28,929 nucleotides of DNA from the NCBI GenBank assembly GCA_016839765.1, contig JAEOTP010000094.1, forward strand, positions 1 through 28,929. The letters run 5' to 3'. Made by a program: the position numbers and the translations under genes. This stretch comes from Promethearchaeota archaeon (GTDB lineage Archaea; Asgardarchaeota; Lokiarchaeia; Sigyniarchaeales; SOKP01). The notes beneath the pieces were generated by a model that did not search any database, had not been told where the DNA came from, and saw nothing but the letters and a program-made list of their open reading frames with translations. Each line of letters opens with the position of its first letter. The first letter of the stretch is position 1. Of the stretch, positions 27,184 to 28,929 are shown in pieces.

Positions 27184-28929
27184 GGAAAATTTAAGAGTGA
27201 AAAAATTTAGACTTCTCGTTATATCTTTTATTGCCCTATTTGTATTATCAATAATAATACAAAATTCCTCTACATTTAGAAATGAGACTTCTGATAGTTC
27301 AGAAAATTCCTTAAAAACGAGTATAGTGTATGATGGATTTATCAATGAAACCGTTTATGATGCAGTTATCACTGAAACCGTTTTTATAATGGATTATGCA
27401 AGCGCTACATTCATCAATTCTACATTTTATGGCAATATATATACATTTAATAATGCTACGCTTAATATTGGTGAAGGATCAAACATTACAGAAAACAATA
27501 ACATTGTTATTTCAGATTTTTCACGAGTGAATATTGAAAATTCTACAATAACAGGAAGCATTGAATGTCGCGATTCTTCAACTTTGAATATACTTTCAAG
27601 TCAAACTCCCTTTACAAAAATATGGAAATTTGGTTCGGCAGATATCACAATCGTAGATTGTTCATTGGATCAACTTAATGAGTTTGGACTAGCAGGACAA
27701 ATCTTAATTTTAAATTCTTCGATAAATGAAGTGTGGCTGAATGGATTATCTTCTTCTATGACATATATTAATGATTCAAATATCTTATTTTTTAATGACT
27801 TAGCATTACCACTTAACTATATCACAGGTCCAATTTCGCTTAATTTATTAACCTTTGAGACTACGTATCAAACATCTGAACGTTCGATAAATCTTACTTG
27901 GATCGGATGGGATAGTCCTATAATTGATGGGTATCTGAATATTACTTTCCAAATCTTGGTGGATGGTCAAATTTATGATGAAGTAAATGGTTCCGGATTT
28001 CATGAAAATTACATTGGTAATTTAAATGTGAATTTTAATTCAACTGGGTTTCATGATATTTCTGTTATAAGCATTGATAGTTTTGGAAATAATTTTACTT
28101 CCACAATAACAATAGAAATAATTGAATATCCTTCTTTTCAATGGACCTATTTTGGAATTGGAATTAGTATAATTGCTGGATTAATAATTGTTTCTCTGTT
28201 ATTATTACGCCGTCAACAAAATCGCGGATATTATAGTTCAATAGGAATAATTTTCAAAAAGGAATTAACTGATAGTAAACTTAAAGTTATCATATTTATG
28301 ATTATCGGAGCAGCACCTGGAATTATACTCTATTTAATCTTTGGAATGTTCAATCGACTGATAGGAGGCATAAACATTGATCTAATTCGATCTCTAATGA
28401 CTATGGTGCTTAATTTTTACCTTTTATATTTTGGAATTGCTTTTTCGATTGTTTTTGCTTCAAGTAGTGTTGTAGGTGCAAAACGAAGTGGATCACTATC
28501 TTGGTTCCTTAGTAAACCAATAAGGCGATGGGAATTTCTCTGGGGAAAAATTTTGGCATATATGTTTATTATCATTCTTGTAATGATTCCTACATCAATT
28601 TCATTTACACTTAGTGGAATATCATTTGTTGAAAAAACATATGTAGCCGATCTAGTTTCCATCGGAGGATATATCTTTATAATCGGTATAATGACATTGA
28701 TTCCATTAGTTGCTTTAAGTGTATTATGCTCTACTTTATTTAAAAAGACAGGGTTAGCAATATTCTTGCCAATATTATTCCTGATGATTGTACCTACATT
28801 AGTAAGTTTTCTGCCAATTCTAACCCAACATGAATGGCCACTTCTTTTCTCTTATTCATACTATTTTGAAAAATTAGGAAGTTTTTGGATCTCAAGTGGT
28901 GGTGGAGGATTAAGTACCATATTAGCTCC
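27176..28929 (+). CDS. ABC-2 permease with large N-terminal extracellular domain (partial, runs off the window)
   Basis: Frame from TTG 27176 (absent from the ORF track because there is no stop): N-terminal TM, ~290-aa beta-rich region with many NxS/T sequons, TM, IIFKKEL, GAKRSGSLSWFLSKPIRRWEFLWGK (ABC2 permease motif). Confidence 0.85.
   Translation, partial: MNKENLRVKKFRLLVISFIALFVLSIIIQNSSTFRNETSDSSENSLKTSIVYDGFINETVYDAVITETVFIMDYASATFINSTFYGNIYTFNNATLNIGEGSNITENNNIVISDFSRVNIENSTITGSIECRDSSTLNILSSQTPFTKIWKFGSADITIVDCSLDQLNEFGLAGQILILNSSINEVWLNGLSSSMTYINDSNILFFNDLALPLNYITGPISLNLLTFETTYQTSERSINLTWIGWDSPIIDGYLNITFQILVDGQIYDEVNGSGFHENYIGNLNVNFNSTGFHDISVISIDSFGNNFTSTITIEIIEYPSFQWTYFGIGISIIAGLIIVSLLLLRRQQNRGYYSSIGIIFKKELTDSKLKVIIFMIIGAAPGIILYLIFGMFNRLIGGINIDLIRSLMTMVLNFYLLYFGIAFSIVFASSSVVGAKRSGSLSWFLSKPIRRWEFLWGKILAYMFIIILVMIPTSISFTLSGISFVEKTYVADLVSIGGYIFIIGIMTLIPLVALSVLCSTLFKKTGLAIFLPILFLMIVPTLVSFLPILTQHEWPLLFSYSYYFEKLGSFWISSGGGGLSTILA

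Overview
AT-rich archaeal chromosome segment, most consistent with a Lokiarchaeia/Promethearchaeota (Asgard) genome. The evidence is a schizorhodopsin, an LRR-TIR protein, a uDENN/longin-like protein, a NosD beta-helix surface protein and poly-T terminators. The first ~10 kb is a variable region of small membrane proteins, frameshifted genes and duplicated 3' gene fragments, and it carries an intact schizorhodopsin. At 11.3-15.7 kb is a candidate peptide/protein-modification locus: a radical SAM/SPASM enzyme resembling the PlpX splicease / Y-X10-GDL group, two paralogous small membrane proteins sharing a YPxGAxYS motif, a membrane protein and a methyltransferase-TPR protein. It is interrupted by an apparently circularly permuted MscL. 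Next come an LRR-Swt1/HEPN-like-TIR immune-receptor-like gene, a thiolase with a catalytically altered HMGS-DUF35 fusion, a GNAT and uDENN-like pair, and metabolic/transport genes (enolase superfamily, M24 peptidase, MBL hydrolase, ABC exporter). No rRNA, tRNA, CRISPR array or transposase was recognised. All family calls come from reading motifs by eye, not from database searches.
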